A stretch of 64,000 nt of DNA from an uncultured bacterium (GTDB lineage Bacteria > AUK180), in NCBI GenBank assembly GCA_937863565.1, contig CALMGJ010000012.1, forward strand, positions 62,001-126,000. The letters are read 5' to 3'. The notes beneath the pieces are model-generated. The model was given only the letters and a program-made list of their open reading frames with translations, did no database searches and had not been told where the DNA came from. The position numbers and the translations under genes were made by a program. The stretch's first letter is position 1; every line of letters begins with the position of its first letter. Of this stretch, positions 37,374 through 47,712 are shown one piece after another.

Positions 37374-38216
37374 ATGGCATTGAAAAAAGCACTGAAATAT
37401 ATCCTGTTGGTACTGGCTGCTTCTTTAATGACGGCCGTTTTGGGCTTCATCGATTATATTACCGGTCCCGAGCTTTCTTTCTCCATCTTCTATCTTTTAC
37501 CGATACTCTGGATCGCCTGGAAGAAGGACGGTGTAACGGCCTATATTTTCTCCGTGATCTCCGCCATGATATGGTTCTATGCTGATAAAAAAAGCGGTTC
37601 CGAATATTCATTCGGCCATATCGGATACTGGAATGCCGCGGTCCGGCTTTGTTTTTACGATGTTATCATTTATCTTATCCTGAGACTGAAGAAGATCCTA
37701 AAAGAAGAAAAGGAATTTGCCCGGAAGGATTTCCTCAGCGGAATAAACAATCCTCGGTCATTCTATGATCTGGCCTCATATGCCATGCATATGAGCGGGA
37801 GGATCGGAAAAGGTTTCTCTGTCGTTTATTTCGATGTTGACGATTTTAAAAAGATCAATGACGATCTTGGCCATTCCACAGGGGATTTTGTTCTTTCCGT
37901 TATTGGCGGACATCTCGGACAATCGCTCAGATCAACTGATATACCCGCAAGGATAGGCGGGGATGAATTCATGATCTTTATGCCGGAAACGGATGTGAAA
38001 GCGGTCGAGTCCGTCATGAGTAAACTGATACCCGAGATGGCGGGAAAAGTGGCAAGCAGGGGGATTAAACTTTCCCTCAGCGTGGGCATAGTGTATTTCA
38101 GCAAAGTGCCTAAGGATATTAACGAAGCCATCAAGATAACCGATTCTCTCATGTATAAAGCGAAAAAAGAAGGCAAAGCACGCGTGCTCACGGCCGAATG
38201 GCCCGCCGGCACTTAA
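37374..38216 (+). CDS. Membrane-bound diguanylate cyclase (4-TM, DUF4118-like sensor + GGDEF)
   Basis: RSTD I-site, RIGGDEF, DVDDFK.IND..GH..GD. Confidence 0.92.
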   Translation: MALKKALKYILLVLAASLMTAVLGFIDYITGPELSFSIFYLLPILWIAWKKDGVTAYIFSVISAMIWFYADKKSGSEYSFGHIGYWNAAVRLCFYDVIIYLILRLKKILKEEKEFARKDFLSGINNPRSFYDLASYAMHMSGRIGKGFSVVYFDVDDFKKINDDLGHSTGDFVLSVIGGHLGQSLRSTDIPARIGGDEFMIFMPETDVKAVESVMSKLIPEMAGKVASRGIKLSLSVGIVYFSKVPKDINEAIKITDSLMYKAKKEGKARVLTAEWPAGT

Positions 38217-38240
38217 AGACCGGTCTTTGAAGGAGTGGAT

Positions 38241-39260
38241 ATGCCGAGAAAAGCGCTGATCTTGACCATTCCGGCGGTCGGTCATATACTCCCGGCGGCG
38301 ACTGTCATAAAAAAACTGGCTGAAGAGGGATATTCCGCCGACATTATCTGCGAAAAAAGATATGCGGCCTATTTTCATTCGCATGGCGCTTCAAGAGTAT
38401 TTACTATAAAAGGCTGTGGAACCCATACCCGTCTCAAGGGCATTCAAGCCCTGCTGTTCTTGAAGCTTTTTTATTATAACAGGATCGTCGGCGACCTTGC
38501 CGACAGCCATCTTGAAAGGGAAAGATACGATCTTCTTCTGTCCGATATGTTCATGCTTGCCGGTCCTCCTCTTGCATCAAAGCACGGCATCGGATATGCG
38601 GCGATATGTCCCATTATCTGGCCGTTCAGAACAGGCGCGGATCCCGCATACAATATCCCGGCGGAACTTCCGCGGGCAATGAACGTGGTACTGAACGGCA
38701 TATTCGGCCTGCTCCTTGATTCATTCGCTCCGGTGATAGGATCTTTCTACAGAAAGTACGGTGTGAAGGTAAAAAGCTACGGATGGCGCATACACACCGG
38801 ATATGAAAAGATCTATGTGACCATTCCGGAGAAATTCCATGCCTTTATGAGAGCAAAGCCGCGGAATATGATCTTCCTTGACCATATTCCAGAGGACAGA
38901 CCCCTCTTTAAAGGGGGGATAAGGTTGAAAGAAGATGCGAAATACATTATAATATCATTAGGGACTGTTTTTTACAGGACATCCCGGATAAGGTCTATCG
39001 TGAAGAAGTACGGGCTGAAAAAATTCCCGCACAAGATAATCGTTCTCGGCGATTCGGAGAGAACGGAGGATGGAGTGCAGTTTATGAAAGGAATCTCGCT
39101 CAATGAAATCCTGCCCTATGCCTCACTTTTTATAACTCACGGCGGGATCAATTCCCTTCTCGCTGCTTATCATCACAGAGTACGCACTCTTATCCTGCCT
39201 CAATCCGCGGAACAATTCGAGAATAAAAGGATATTCAAAAAAATACTGGAGGATATATGA
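38241..39260 (+). CDS. GT1-type (MGT/UDP-glycosyltransferase) protein
   Basis: PAVGHI, ISLGT, FITHGGINS, P.SAEQ..N. Confidence 0.82.
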   Translation: MPRKALILTIPAVGHILPAATVIKKLAEEGYSADIICEKRYAAYFHSHGASRVFTIKGCGTHTRLKGIQALLFLKLFYYNRIVGDLADSHLERERYDLLLSDMFMLAGPPLASKHGIGYAAICPIIWPFRTGADPAYNIPAELPRAMNVVLNGIFGLLLDSFAPVIGSFYRKYGVKVKSYGWRIHTGYEKIYVTIPEKFHAFMRAKPRNMIFLDHIPEDRPLFKGGIRLKEDAKYIIISLGTVFYRTSRIRSIVKKYGLKKFPHKIIVLGDSERTEDGVQFMKGISLNEILPYASLFITHGGINSLLAAYHHRVRTLILPQSAEQFENKRIFKKILEDI

Positions 39261-42200
39261 ACACCTACTGCAGGTTCCCATCGATTTGGAATGATCTCAT
39301 TGCTTTTGTTTGCGACGATGATCTCTGGGTAATGGATGCCGGCCTCAAGCCGCAGAGGCTGACCAACGGAAGGTCTCAGGTAACATTCCCCGTTTTTTCC
39401 CCCGACGGGAAATACATTGCCTTCACCGCTTATGAAGAGGGTGCGAATGAAATATACGTGATCCCCTCGAAGGGCGGCGAGGCAAAGAGGATCACCTATC
39501 TCGGTGCTGCGAGCACTGCTCTCAAATGGACATCAAAAAGCGAGATATTATTCCGGACCAATGCGGGTTATTTTACAAGAAGACAGAACAACTTGTTCGT
39601 CATCTCCCCGGACGGAGGCTCGCCCCGTCTGCGGGATTTCGGCCCGGCCAACCATATTTCATTCGAACCTTCAGGCAGGGGCGTTGTTCTTGGAAGGAAC
39701 ACCGGGGAACCGGCCAGATGGAAGAGGTATAAAGGCGGAACTGCGGGAGAATTGTGGATCGACCTGAAAGGCGATTTCAAATATAAAAAGCTCATTGACC
39801 TAAAAAGCAATCTCACATGTCCGCTGTGGATTGGTGAGCGTATCTATTTCATTTCCGATCACGAAGGCAATGGTAATCTTTATTCCGTGAACAAACTCGG
39901 CAAGAACATCAAGAAACACTCCGATCTTAAGGAATACTATGCGAGGAATCTGTCAACTGATGGAAGGAAGATTATATTCCACGCCGGCGGCGACCTCTTC
40001 GTATTCGATACGTCATCCGGAACTCTTGATAAGCTGATATTTCACGTGCCGGTGCCTAAAATGCAGGCGCGTCTTAAATTCGACCCCGCTTTAAGATATC
40101 TTGAGGATTTTCATCCGGCGCATAATGGGAAGTCCATCACATTCTCTGCCCGAGGCAATGTGTTCGCAATGGAGAATTTTCACGGCCCGGCCTACAGACT
40201 CCGGAATAAAATGAACGCAAGGTACCGCCTCCCGAAATTTCTCAAAAAGGACAATACCGTGATCGCGGTGGATGATGAGAGCGGAGAGGAAGAGATCAGA
40301 AAATACGATTTCAGGCACTTCGAGAGAGGCGAAAAGATCTGCTCAGGCTTCGGCCGCGCGGTCATGACGAAGATCTCTCCGGCCGAAGACAAGGTCGTGC
40401 TTTTGAACCATAAACAGGAGATAATGCTGATAGATATCGTGCAAAAAAGGACGCAACTCGTCCACAGGAATAAATTCGGAATGATCGCCGGGTTGAATTT
40501 TTCTCCCGACGGGAAATTCCTTACATATGCCGCGGGAATATCCGGTAAAAGGACGGCGATCTTCCTTTACGATACCGAAAAGAAAAGGGAAACACAGATA
40601 ACGGATCCCGTTCTGCAGGATCATTCGCCCTCTTTCTCGCCGGACGGTAAATATATTTACTTCATAGGCGTACGCGTTTTCAACCCCGTTTATGATCAGG
40701 CTCAGTTCGAGTTGAGCTTTCCTAAGGCCGAGAAGATCTATGCCATCCCTCTCAGAGCCGATGTAAAAGCTCCGGGAGAATTCATGCCTTTCGAGGAGCC
40801 GCCCGCGACCGATCCAAAGGATACGCCCAAGGAAGCAAAAAAGAAAGAAGAAAAGAAGATCACCGTTTCCGTAGACTACGAGAATATTAAGAACAGGATA
40901 AGAGAACTTCCCTTCCCTCTCGGGATCTACGGTGATGTCGAGGCGGAAGGAAAAAAGATATTCGCGCTGACGCTTTCGCCCCGCGGGTCTCTTGGAGATG
41001 ATTTCTTTGATGATGACCTTCCGCAAGGCAGCGTAGTCTATTATGACATCGAAAAAAAGAAATACGGTACATTCATTTCCAATGTTTCGTATTACTACCT
41101 CACAAAAGAGTATATCTTCGTCCGCATAGGTAGGGACGCAATAAAAGTTTTCTCCAATGCGGAGCCCGTGCCCGCCGAAATGCTTTCTAAATCAGGCAGG
41201 GAAGGCGGGAACATCGACCTTTCCCGCGCATCTGTGCTCGTTGATCCGGTGATGGAATGGAAACAAATGTACGGCGAGGCCTGGAGACTTCAGCGGGATA
41301 ATTTCTGGACGGAGAATATGTCGCATATAAACTGGAAAAAGGTGTTCGACCGCTACTATGTCCTTCTGGACAGGATCTCGACCAGAGCCGAATTTTCAGA
41401 TATCATCTGGGAGATGCAAGGGGAACTGGGTACTTCTCACTGCTATGAATTCGGCGGCGATTACAGGCATCCGGCGAATTACCCGGTCGGTGCCCTTGGA
41501 GCGGAGTTCTCCTGGAGCGACGCAAAGAAAGGCTGGGAGATCAAACGCATTTACGGAGGCGACTCATGGGAACCAAGATTCGCTTCCCCGCTTCAGACGC
41601 CCGGTTACTCATTCGGCCGCGGCGATGTGATAAAGAAGGTCAACGGCATTTCAGTGAAAAAGAATATCACGCTCGGCGAGATGCTGCTGAATGAGGCGGG
41701 AAAGGAAGTGGAACTTCTCGTTAAGCCGGCTTCGGGCAAGAAAGATTTCTCCGCTTTCATTAAAGCGGTCGGGAATGAGACCAATATACTCTACCGTGAA
41801 TGGGTCGAGAAGAACAGAAAACTCGTTCATGAGAAGACAAAAGGCCGCACCGGTTATGTGCATATTCCCGATATGGGGCCTTTCGGATTCTCGGAGTTCC
41901 ACAGATACTACCTTTCAGAAGTTGAACACGACTCTCTTATCGTGGACGTTAGGTTCAACGGCGGAGGTCATGTCTCTCCGCTCATATTGGAAAAACTGAA
42001 AAGAAAGCGTATCGGATATGATATAAAAAGATGGGGAAAACCGGAGCCGTATCCTTCAGACTCCGTTCTGGGCCCGATCGTGGTCCTTACAAATGAACAT
42101 GCCGGCAGCGACGGGGATATCTTCTCGCATTCGTCCAAACTTATGGAACTGGGCAAACTGATCGGCAAAAGGACATGGGGCGGCGTCATCGGCATCTGGC

Positions 42201-42460
42201 CTCGACATTTCCTGTCAGACGGTACGATCACCACACAGCCGGAATTCTCGTTCTGGTTCACAGATGTGGGATGGGGCGTGGAGAACTACGGCACAGACCC
42301 CCATATTCCCGTAGAGAATTATCCCGAGGATTACAAAAAAGGCTATGATCGGCAGCTCGATACGGCCATCTCGGAGATCCTGAAAGACCTCAAGAAAAAA
42401 CCGCCGGTGCATCCGGATTTCAAGAACAGGCCTAATCTTAACCCCGATAAAGGGAAATGA
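39257..42460 (+). CDS. Tricorn protease homolog (peptidase S41: beta-propellers + PDZ)
   Basis: FSPDG repeats, WKRYKGG, GELGTSH, DVRFNGGG, AGSDGD, GKRTWGG. Confidence 0.95.
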   Translation: MNTYCRFPSIWNDLIAFVCDDDLWVMDAGLKPQRLTNGRSQVTFPVFSPDGKYIAFTAYEEGANEIYVIPSKGGEAKRITYLGAASTALKWTSKSEILFRTNAGYFTRRQNNLFVISPDGGSPRLRDFGPANHISFEPSGRGVVLGRNTGEPARWKRYKGGTAGELWIDLKGDFKYKKLIDLKSNLTCPLWIGERIYFISDHEGNGNLYSVNKLGKNIKKHSDLKEYYARNLSTDGRKIIFHAGGDLFVFDTSSGTLDKLIFHVPVPKMQARLKFDPALRYLEDFHPAHNGKSITFSARGNVFAMENFHGPAYRLRNKMNARYRLPKFLKKDNTVIAVDDESGEEEIRKYDFRHFERGEKICSGFGRAVMTKISPAEDKVVLLNHKQEIMLIDIVQKRTQLVHRNKFGMIAGLNFSPDGKFLTYAAGISGKRTAIFLYDTEKKRETQITDPVLQDHSPSFSPDGKYIYFIGVRVFNPVYDQAQFELSFPKAEKIYAIPLRADVKAPGEFMPFEEPPATDPKDTPKEAKKKEEKKITVSVDYENIKNRIRELPFPLGIYGDVEAEGKKIFALTLSPRGSLGDDFFDDDLPQGSVVYYDIEKKKYGTFISNVSYYYLTKEYIFVRIGRDAIKVFSNAEPVPAEMLSKSGREGGNIDLSRASVLVDPVMEWKQMYGEAWRLQRDNFWTENMSHINWKKVFDRYYVLLDRISTRAEFSDIIWEMQGELGTSHCYEFGGDYRHPANYPVGALGAEFSWSDAKKGWEIKRIYGGDSWEPRFASPLQTPGYSFGRGDVIKKVNGISVKKNITLGEMLLNEAGKEVELLVKPASGKKDFSAFIKAVGNETNILYREWVEKNRKLVHEKTKGRTGYVHIPDMGPFGFSEFHRYYLSEVEHDSLIVDVRFNGGGHVSPLILEKLKRKRIGYDIKRWGKPEPYPSDSVLGPIVVLTNEHAGSDGDIFSHSSKLMELGKLIGKRTWGGVIGIWPRHFLSDGTITTQPEFSFWFTDVGWGVENYGTDPHIPVENYPEDYKKGYDRQLDTAISEILKDLKKKPPVHPDFKNRPNLNPDKGK

Positions 42461-44079
42461 AAAAAGCCTGGATCTTATTCCTTTTCATGTGCATTGCCGC
42501 GTGGGGAGAGGATCTTTTTCCTCCGGCTTTCAGGCAGGCTTTAACGGAGAGTTACGTTTATTTCGGCCCGGACCGCGTTTTTGATTTCACGAAAACCGTT
42601 GGCACCGGAAAAGAATGTTTCGGTCCGGTGGGTGATTTTATCGACCGCCCTTCAGAAGAATTCGATCATATGAACGATGTTCTCGGCAGGATAATTTCGG
42701 GAGAGACCTCATTCCTGTACGGCGTTCCCAAGAAAAAGATCAAGAAAGGAAAGGGTTCGGCGCTGTTGGAATTGACGGGTCTTTTAAGGGAAATGGACGG
42801 TTTCTTCCAAAGCGCCTTTGCTCTGCATATAAAGGAGGAAGTGAAAAAGCCCGCCGACTTGATGTTGATTTCTACCGATAAAGCAGCCGGTCTATTCAAA
42901 GCCGCCGGCCTGAGTGAAAAAACGCCGTTGTTCCAAAGGATAATCGCCTTAGCGGGGGATATAGACTGGAAGGGCCTTGCGGACCGGGATGAAGAGGGCC
43001 TTATATATTGCGGTGCGGACCGGAAGAGCGGCGATTATCTCATTTATGTGGACCGGTCGGGAGCTGATGTGGAATGCGTTCCGGTTTTAGGCCGGGCAAG
43101 GCTTTATGTGAAAACAGAGGATTGTAATGCGGTCAAAGGTTCGCCCGCCTCTGCTTTTTTCGGACTTTCGATCTTTTTAAACCTTGCGACTTCCTCCACC
43201 GAATATTCGGGAGAGAGCGCGATGAACGCCTTTCTGGGATTCTCATATTTCCGCGATGCCGGCGGAAATGATATATACAGGTATTCGGAATTCTGCGAGG
43301 CTGCTGCAGCTTTCGGGATAAGCTATCTCGTGGACGAAGGCGGGAACGACGAGTATTCGGCAGGAAGGTATGCTCAGGCTTTCACCCAAACGCTCGGCAT
43401 CGCGGTACTGAACGATCACTCCGGCAATGACATATATTTTTCGGGGAATAAGGACCTTCACGAACCCTTGTACAATGACAGATATCAATCACTGTCGCAG
43501 GGCTATTCGATCGGAGACAGAGAACAGGGATATGCCGGCGGCATCTCCGTACTGAGGGACGGAGGAGGCAATGACAGGTATATTGCCGATGTTTATGCGC
43601 AAGGATGCGGTTACTGGTATTCTCTCGGCGTCTTGATCGACGAGAAGGGCAATGATGTCTACTCGGCCCATATATACGGCCAAGGCAGCGGAGTACATCT
43701 TGCCGCGGGCATACTTTTCGACGGAGGAGGCAATGATGCTTTCTCCCTTCTTGACGGAGTCGGCCTCGGCGGCGGGCATGACCTGAGCCTCGGGATACTG
43801 ATAAATGCGAACATCGGCAACGATGCCTACCAGGGTTCCGGCATCACTATGGGTTCGGGGCATGCGAATGGATGCGGTATATTCTTCGATGAAGGTGGAA
43901 ATGACAGTTATGCGGGAGCGAAGGACATGATCATCGGCGGAACCGGTTTTGCCGACAGGGATGCGCCGAGTTTCGGCCTTTTCTACGATGGTGGCGGGGA
44001 TGACGCATATACGCGGAAGGAAGCCGGGAATTCGAAAGTCTGGCTCACTCCTCACGTGGGGGTCGGCATTGACAAATAA
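42457..44079 (+). CDS. Secreted protein with Gly/Asp-rich D.GGND.Y repeats
   Basis: Signal peptide; nine D.(G)GND.(Y/F) units in the C-terminal half. Confidence 0.78.
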   Translation: MKKAWILFLFMCIAAWGEDLFPPAFRQALTESYVYFGPDRVFDFTKTVGTGKECFGPVGDFIDRPSEEFDHMNDVLGRIISGETSFLYGVPKKKIKKGKGSALLELTGLLREMDGFFQSAFALHIKEEVKKPADLMLISTDKAAGLFKAAGLSEKTPLFQRIIALAGDIDWKGLADRDEEGLIYCGADRKSGDYLIYVDRSGADVECVPVLGRARLYVKTEDCNAVKGSPASAFFGLSIFLNLATSSTEYSGESAMNAFLGFSYFRDAGGNDIYRYSEFCEAAAAFGISYLVDEGGNDEYSAGRYAQAFTQTLGIAVLNDHSGNDIYFSGNKDLHEPLYNDRYQSLSQGYSIGDREQGYAGGISVLRDGGGNDRYIADVYAQGCGYWYSLGVLIDEKGNDVYSAHIYGQGSGVHLAAGILFDGGGNDAFSLLDGVGLGGGHDLSLGILINANIGNDAYQGSGITMGSGHANGCGIFFDEGGNDSYAGAKDMIIGGTGFADRDAPSFGLFYDGGGDDAYTRKEAGNSKVWLTPHVGVGIDK

Positions 44080-44929
44080 AGCTCTCTTTTTTATACTTTG
44101 CATTATTCTGTCCGTGAATATTCCCGCCTGCGAAAAAGAACTTCTTGAAGAATTATTCAAGACCGCCTCTTTGTGGGAGGTTGGAGATAATAAGGAGATC
44201 GTCCGGGACGCCCGTGAGCGCCTTGCCTCCTGCGGCCGGACCGCGCTCGATTATGTTTACAGAGATCATTTGACCGATTTTGATTCACTTGAAGAACGCG
44301 CGATCACTCATCTTTTCCTGAATGCGGCGGGCTCGGGGGATTTCATCGAAGAAAAATTGAAAACGGAAACGGACCCGGCCAGGATCCCGGTCCTCATATA
44401 TTATGCCGGTCTGAAAACGGAGGAAAGGTATCTGCCTTTTCTGAAACGGTACGCGGGAACCGATCAATACGGTTATGCCGCCGTAAATGCGCTTGCAAAA
44501 TACGGCATCATCGAAAACGAGGGGGAATTCCTGAAGATATTCAAAAAAGCACCCTCTTTAAAAAAGGTATGCCTTATCGTTATCGCTGCGGAGATCGGCA
44601 ATATGAATATTCTAAAGAAGATCGCGGCAAGCATTCTCGGCACGAACGATCCGCTCCTTTTCTTTTCGTTCATAATAGCATGCGAAAAATTACCTCCGGA
44701 AAAATTCATGGACGCATCGGGAGGGAACGAGGGCCTGATCTCTGCAGGTGCGTACAAGTACGACGATCCGGAGCATGTGTTCGAACAGGTATTCAGGGAA
44801 CACTTCCGCAAGGGTTCTCACGGAAGGAAACTGCGTGCTGCTATATATCTTTACCGCAACGGGTTGCTCAATAAAAACGAGATCACCGATAAAGTGATAT
44901 TGGAATCCCTGCCGGCCGCGGGCGGTTAG
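44069..44929 (+). CDS. Secreted HEAT-repeat-like helical protein
   Basis: TTG start with signal-like segment; LF..ASLW.VG...VRDAR..L helical repeats; start uncertain. Confidence 0.6.
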   Translation: MTNKALFFILCIILSVNIPACEKELLEELFKTASLWEVGDNKEIVRDARERLASCGRTALDYVYRDHLTDFDSLEERAITHLFLNAAGSGDFIEEKLKTETDPARIPVLIYYAGLKTEERYLPFLKRYAGTDQYGYAAVNALAKYGIIENEGEFLKIFKKAPSLKKVCLIVIAAEIGNMNILKKIAASILGTNDPLLFFSFIIACEKLPPEKFMDASGGNEGLISAGAYKYDDPEHVFEQVFREHFRKGSHGRKLRAAIYLYRNGLLNKNEITDKVILESLPAAGG

Positions 44930-45531
44930 ATCCGGTTCTTTAAGTGCTTTCTGATAACCGCTTCTACGGTCAACATTTTTCTGATCCCGCTCATCTCTAT
45001 TTTTTCTGGAACGATAACACGTTTCCCGCTTTTCTTTATGATCGTCTTGCCGGTCTTCATATTCAGTATCAGACTTCCTTTCTTGTCATTGCCTATGAGC
45101 TCGATGTCCGGAGTGAACTGATCCCAATCATAGAAATGTACTCTTCTTCGCGTTGCGACTATGAGCTTGCGGTCGGTGCCGATATACCAGCATCCGGATT
45201 TTGCGATATGCCTGATCGATGCGAGGATGATGAACACACCCGTAAGAACGAATATGACAAGGGCGCCCAATGTGACGATAATGATGATATTCTCAGGTGC
45301 ATGTGTAAGTTTGGCCGGGTCTGGGATCCAGCCTTTGAACGACTGATAGTAGAAGGAAAGGAAGAAAAAAAGGCCGTAGAATGTCCACGCGCCGCCCAGA
45401 ACAAGAAAGGGGATATTATTGATGGCGGCGGATGTGAATTTTGAGTGCAGTATGAATTCGATATTCTCACCTTCGAGCATATTGTAGAGTTCGGCTGAAA
45501 CTTTCACGCCGTTTATATCATATCTTTTCAT
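44926..45531 (-). CDS. 2-TM membrane protein with PH-like C-terminal domain
   Basis: GE.I.F, two TM, Y..TDRK.I, G.L pattern. Confidence 0.6.
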   Translation of the reverse strand: MKRYDINGVKVSAELYNMLEGENIEFILHSKFTSAAINNIPFLVLGGAWTFYGLFFFLSFYYQSFKGWIPDPAKLTHAPENIIIIVTLGALVIFVLTGVFIILASIRHIAKSGCWYIGTDRKLIVATRRRVHFYDWDQFTPDIELIGNDKKGSLILNMKTGKTIIKKSGKRVIVPEKIEMSGIRKMLTVEAVIRKHLKNRI

Positions 45532-45532
45532 A

Positions 45533-46258
45533 TTACAGCCGCCTCAATTTGTATGCAACCACGGCAAAGGAAACGGAGACGTTCAGGGATTCGACCCCTT
45601 CATTCATCGGGATGTTCAAAACGATGTCGCTCTCCTCCCTCAGTATATCCTTAATGCCCTTTCCCTCATTGCCGAGGATCAGGGCAATACCCTCGGGCGG
45701 CATCGAAAAATCATTAAGTGATGTCCCTCCGGCCATATCGAGGGAAACTATCTTCACACACCGGTCTTTTAAAAAACCTATATCATTGCGGAGATTGGAT
45801 GTTTCGCAGATCATCATATAGTTCACGGTACCCTGGGATATGCGTTCGACTTCTTCGGATATCTGGGCGCTCCCGTATTTCGGGATGATGATCCCGTTTA
45901 TTCCGAAGGCCGCGGCGGTGCGTATGATCGAACCGAGATTGCGGACATCCTGCACCCTGTCTATGAGCACGATGAAAGGCGGGTCATTGTTCGCCTTTGC
46001 AGAATCGAGTACCTCTGAAAGTGTGAAGAAAGTTTTCTTTCCGGCAACGAGCACTACGCCCTGGGCGCGAACCGGAAAGCGCGAATCGAAACTTTTACCT
46101 TCCACATATTCTATCTTCACCTTCCTATCCGCGGCGAGTTCCACGATCTCGCGGATCTTTTCGCCCACGATATTCTGTTTCAGCATTAGTTTTATGATCT
46201 CCCGGTCTCTGGATTTAAGCGCTTCGTAAACAGCGTTCCTTCCGTATATCTTCAGCAT
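45533..46258 (-). CDS. rlmB: 23S rRNA (G2251-2'-O)-methyltransferase
   Basis: YGRNAV.EAL, QGV, D.VQD..NLGSIIRTA, GNEGKG, SLNVSV. Confidence 0.9.
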   Translation of the reverse strand: MLKIYGRNAVYEALKSRDREIIKLMLKQNIVGEKIREIVELAADRKVKIEYVEGKSFDSRFPVRAQGVVLVAGKKTFFTLSEVLDSAKANNDPPFIVLIDRVQDVRNLGSIIRTAAAFGINGIIIPKYGSAQISEEVERISQGTVNYMMICETSNLRNDIGFLKDRCVKIVSLDMAGGTSLNDFSMPPEGIALILGNEGKGIKDILREESDIVLNIPMNEGVESLNVSVSFAVVAYKLRRL

Positions 46259-46263
46259 CGCGT

Positions 46264-47712
46264 CTATCCTTTGAGAACCGCTCGGGCTTTTTCGAACCGC
46301 GCAGAGAGCTCATCCTTGGAAAGAACGAAAAAGAAATGCTGCATCTCGGGACCTTCGTTCTTTCCGGTGAGGAACACGCGCATGGAGTGGTAAAGGTCTC
46401 TGCCCTTGAGCCCCGTCTTTTTTGAAATATTTTTAAAGAACGCCGGAAGCATCTGCATATTAGATAGATCGGCCGCGTGAATATCCTCTAACAGGCAGTC
46501 CAGAAGCGGAATGAATTTTTCCGGAGGATATTCCGAGAGCAACTCCTTGCTCAATCCGGGCTCGGCGAACTCTGCGAGTCTGCCTGTAACATCCCCCAGT
46601 GTATTGTAGTAATCCCTTGTTGCCTCGATATACTTCAAGGCCTTTTCCCTGCTGCCGCCGATGAAGGAATCCTCCAGAAGCGAAGGGGATAGTTCGAGGA
46701 TCTTCTCACCGGGCAGCTTACGAAGATGCATGCCGTTCATCCAGAGTAGTTTTTCGGTGTTCATGATAGCCGGGTTCTTTGAGACCCTGTCGAATCCGAA
46801 AAGACCGCACATCTCAGGAAGGTCCATGATCTCTTTCACTGCGCCGTCCTTCTCGGGCGGGGACCAGCCGAGAAGAGAGAGAAAGTTCACTACAGCCTCG
46901 GGCAAGAACCCGTTATTGCGGAACTCTTCCACTGATGTGGCCCCGTGCCTTTTAGAAAGGCGGGATCCGTCAGGCCCGAGTATCATCGACACGTGACCGA
47001 AAATAGGTGTATCGAAGCCGAGAGCCCTGTATATGAGCATCTGTTTTGGAGTATTGGAAAGGTGATCGTCACCGCGGATCACATGGGATATCTTCATCAG
47101 ATAATCATCCACGACGCAGGTGAAATTATACGTGGGGAATCCGTTGGAACGCTTTATGATGAAATCACCCAATATCGAGGAATCGAATTCGGTGTGTCCG
47201 TGAACAAGGTCCTCAACTGCGATCTTTTCGCCCGGGGGCACGCGGAACCTGATGCCGAAAGGCTTCCCGGAATCCAGGAGGGTCCTTACCTCTTCTTTCC
47301 GGAGTTTGGCGCATTTCCCGCTATACTTTGGCGGAAGGCCTTTTGCAGCCATTTCCTCCCTTTCCGCTTCGAGTTCCTCGTCCGTACAGAAGCATGTATA
47401 GCACTTCTCCTCGTCCAGAAGTTTTTGAACGTATCCGTTGTATATCTCAATCCTTTGAGATTGAAAATATGGACCGCACTCTCCGCCTTTTCCCGGCCCC
47501 TCATCCCAGTCCAATCCAAGCCATCTCAGACTGCCAAGAAGGTTCTCCACGGATTCTTCCGTAGAGCGCTCTATATCGGTATCCTCGATCCGGAGAATAA
47601 AGGCACCGCCTGTCCTTCTTGCGTACAAGTAATTGAAAAGGGCCGTCCGTGCTCCTCCTACATGAAGAAATCCCGTAGGTGACGGTGCGAATCTAAGCCT
47701 GATATCACTCAT
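46264..47712 (-). CDS. gltX: Glutamate--tRNA ligase
   Basis: RFAPSPTGFLHVGG, LRIEDTD, C.C Zn site, HVIRG.DH, RLSKRHG. Confidence 0.97.
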   Translation of the reverse strand: MSDIRLRFAPSPTGFLHVGGARTALFNYLYARRTGGAFILRIEDTDIERSTEESVENLLGSLRWLGLDWDEGPGKGGECGPYFQSQRIEIYNGYVQKLLDEEKCYTCFCTDEELEAEREEMAAKGLPPKYSGKCAKLRKEEVRTLLDSGKPFGIRFRVPPGEKIAVEDLVHGHTEFDSSILGDFIIKRSNGFPTYNFTCVVDDYLMKISHVIRGDDHLSNTPKQMLIYRALGFDTPIFGHVSMILGPDGSRLSKRHGATSVEEFRNNGFLPEAVVNFLSLLGWSPPEKDGAVKEIMDLPEMCGLFGFDRVSKNPAIMNTEKLLWMNGMHLRKLPGEKILELSPSLLEDSFIGGSREKALKYIEATRDYYNTLGDVTGRLAEFAEPGLSKELLSEYPPEKFIPLLDCLLEDIHAADLSNMQMLPAFFKNISKKTGLKGRDLYHSMRVFLTGKNEGPEMQHFFFVLSKDELSARFEKARAVLKG

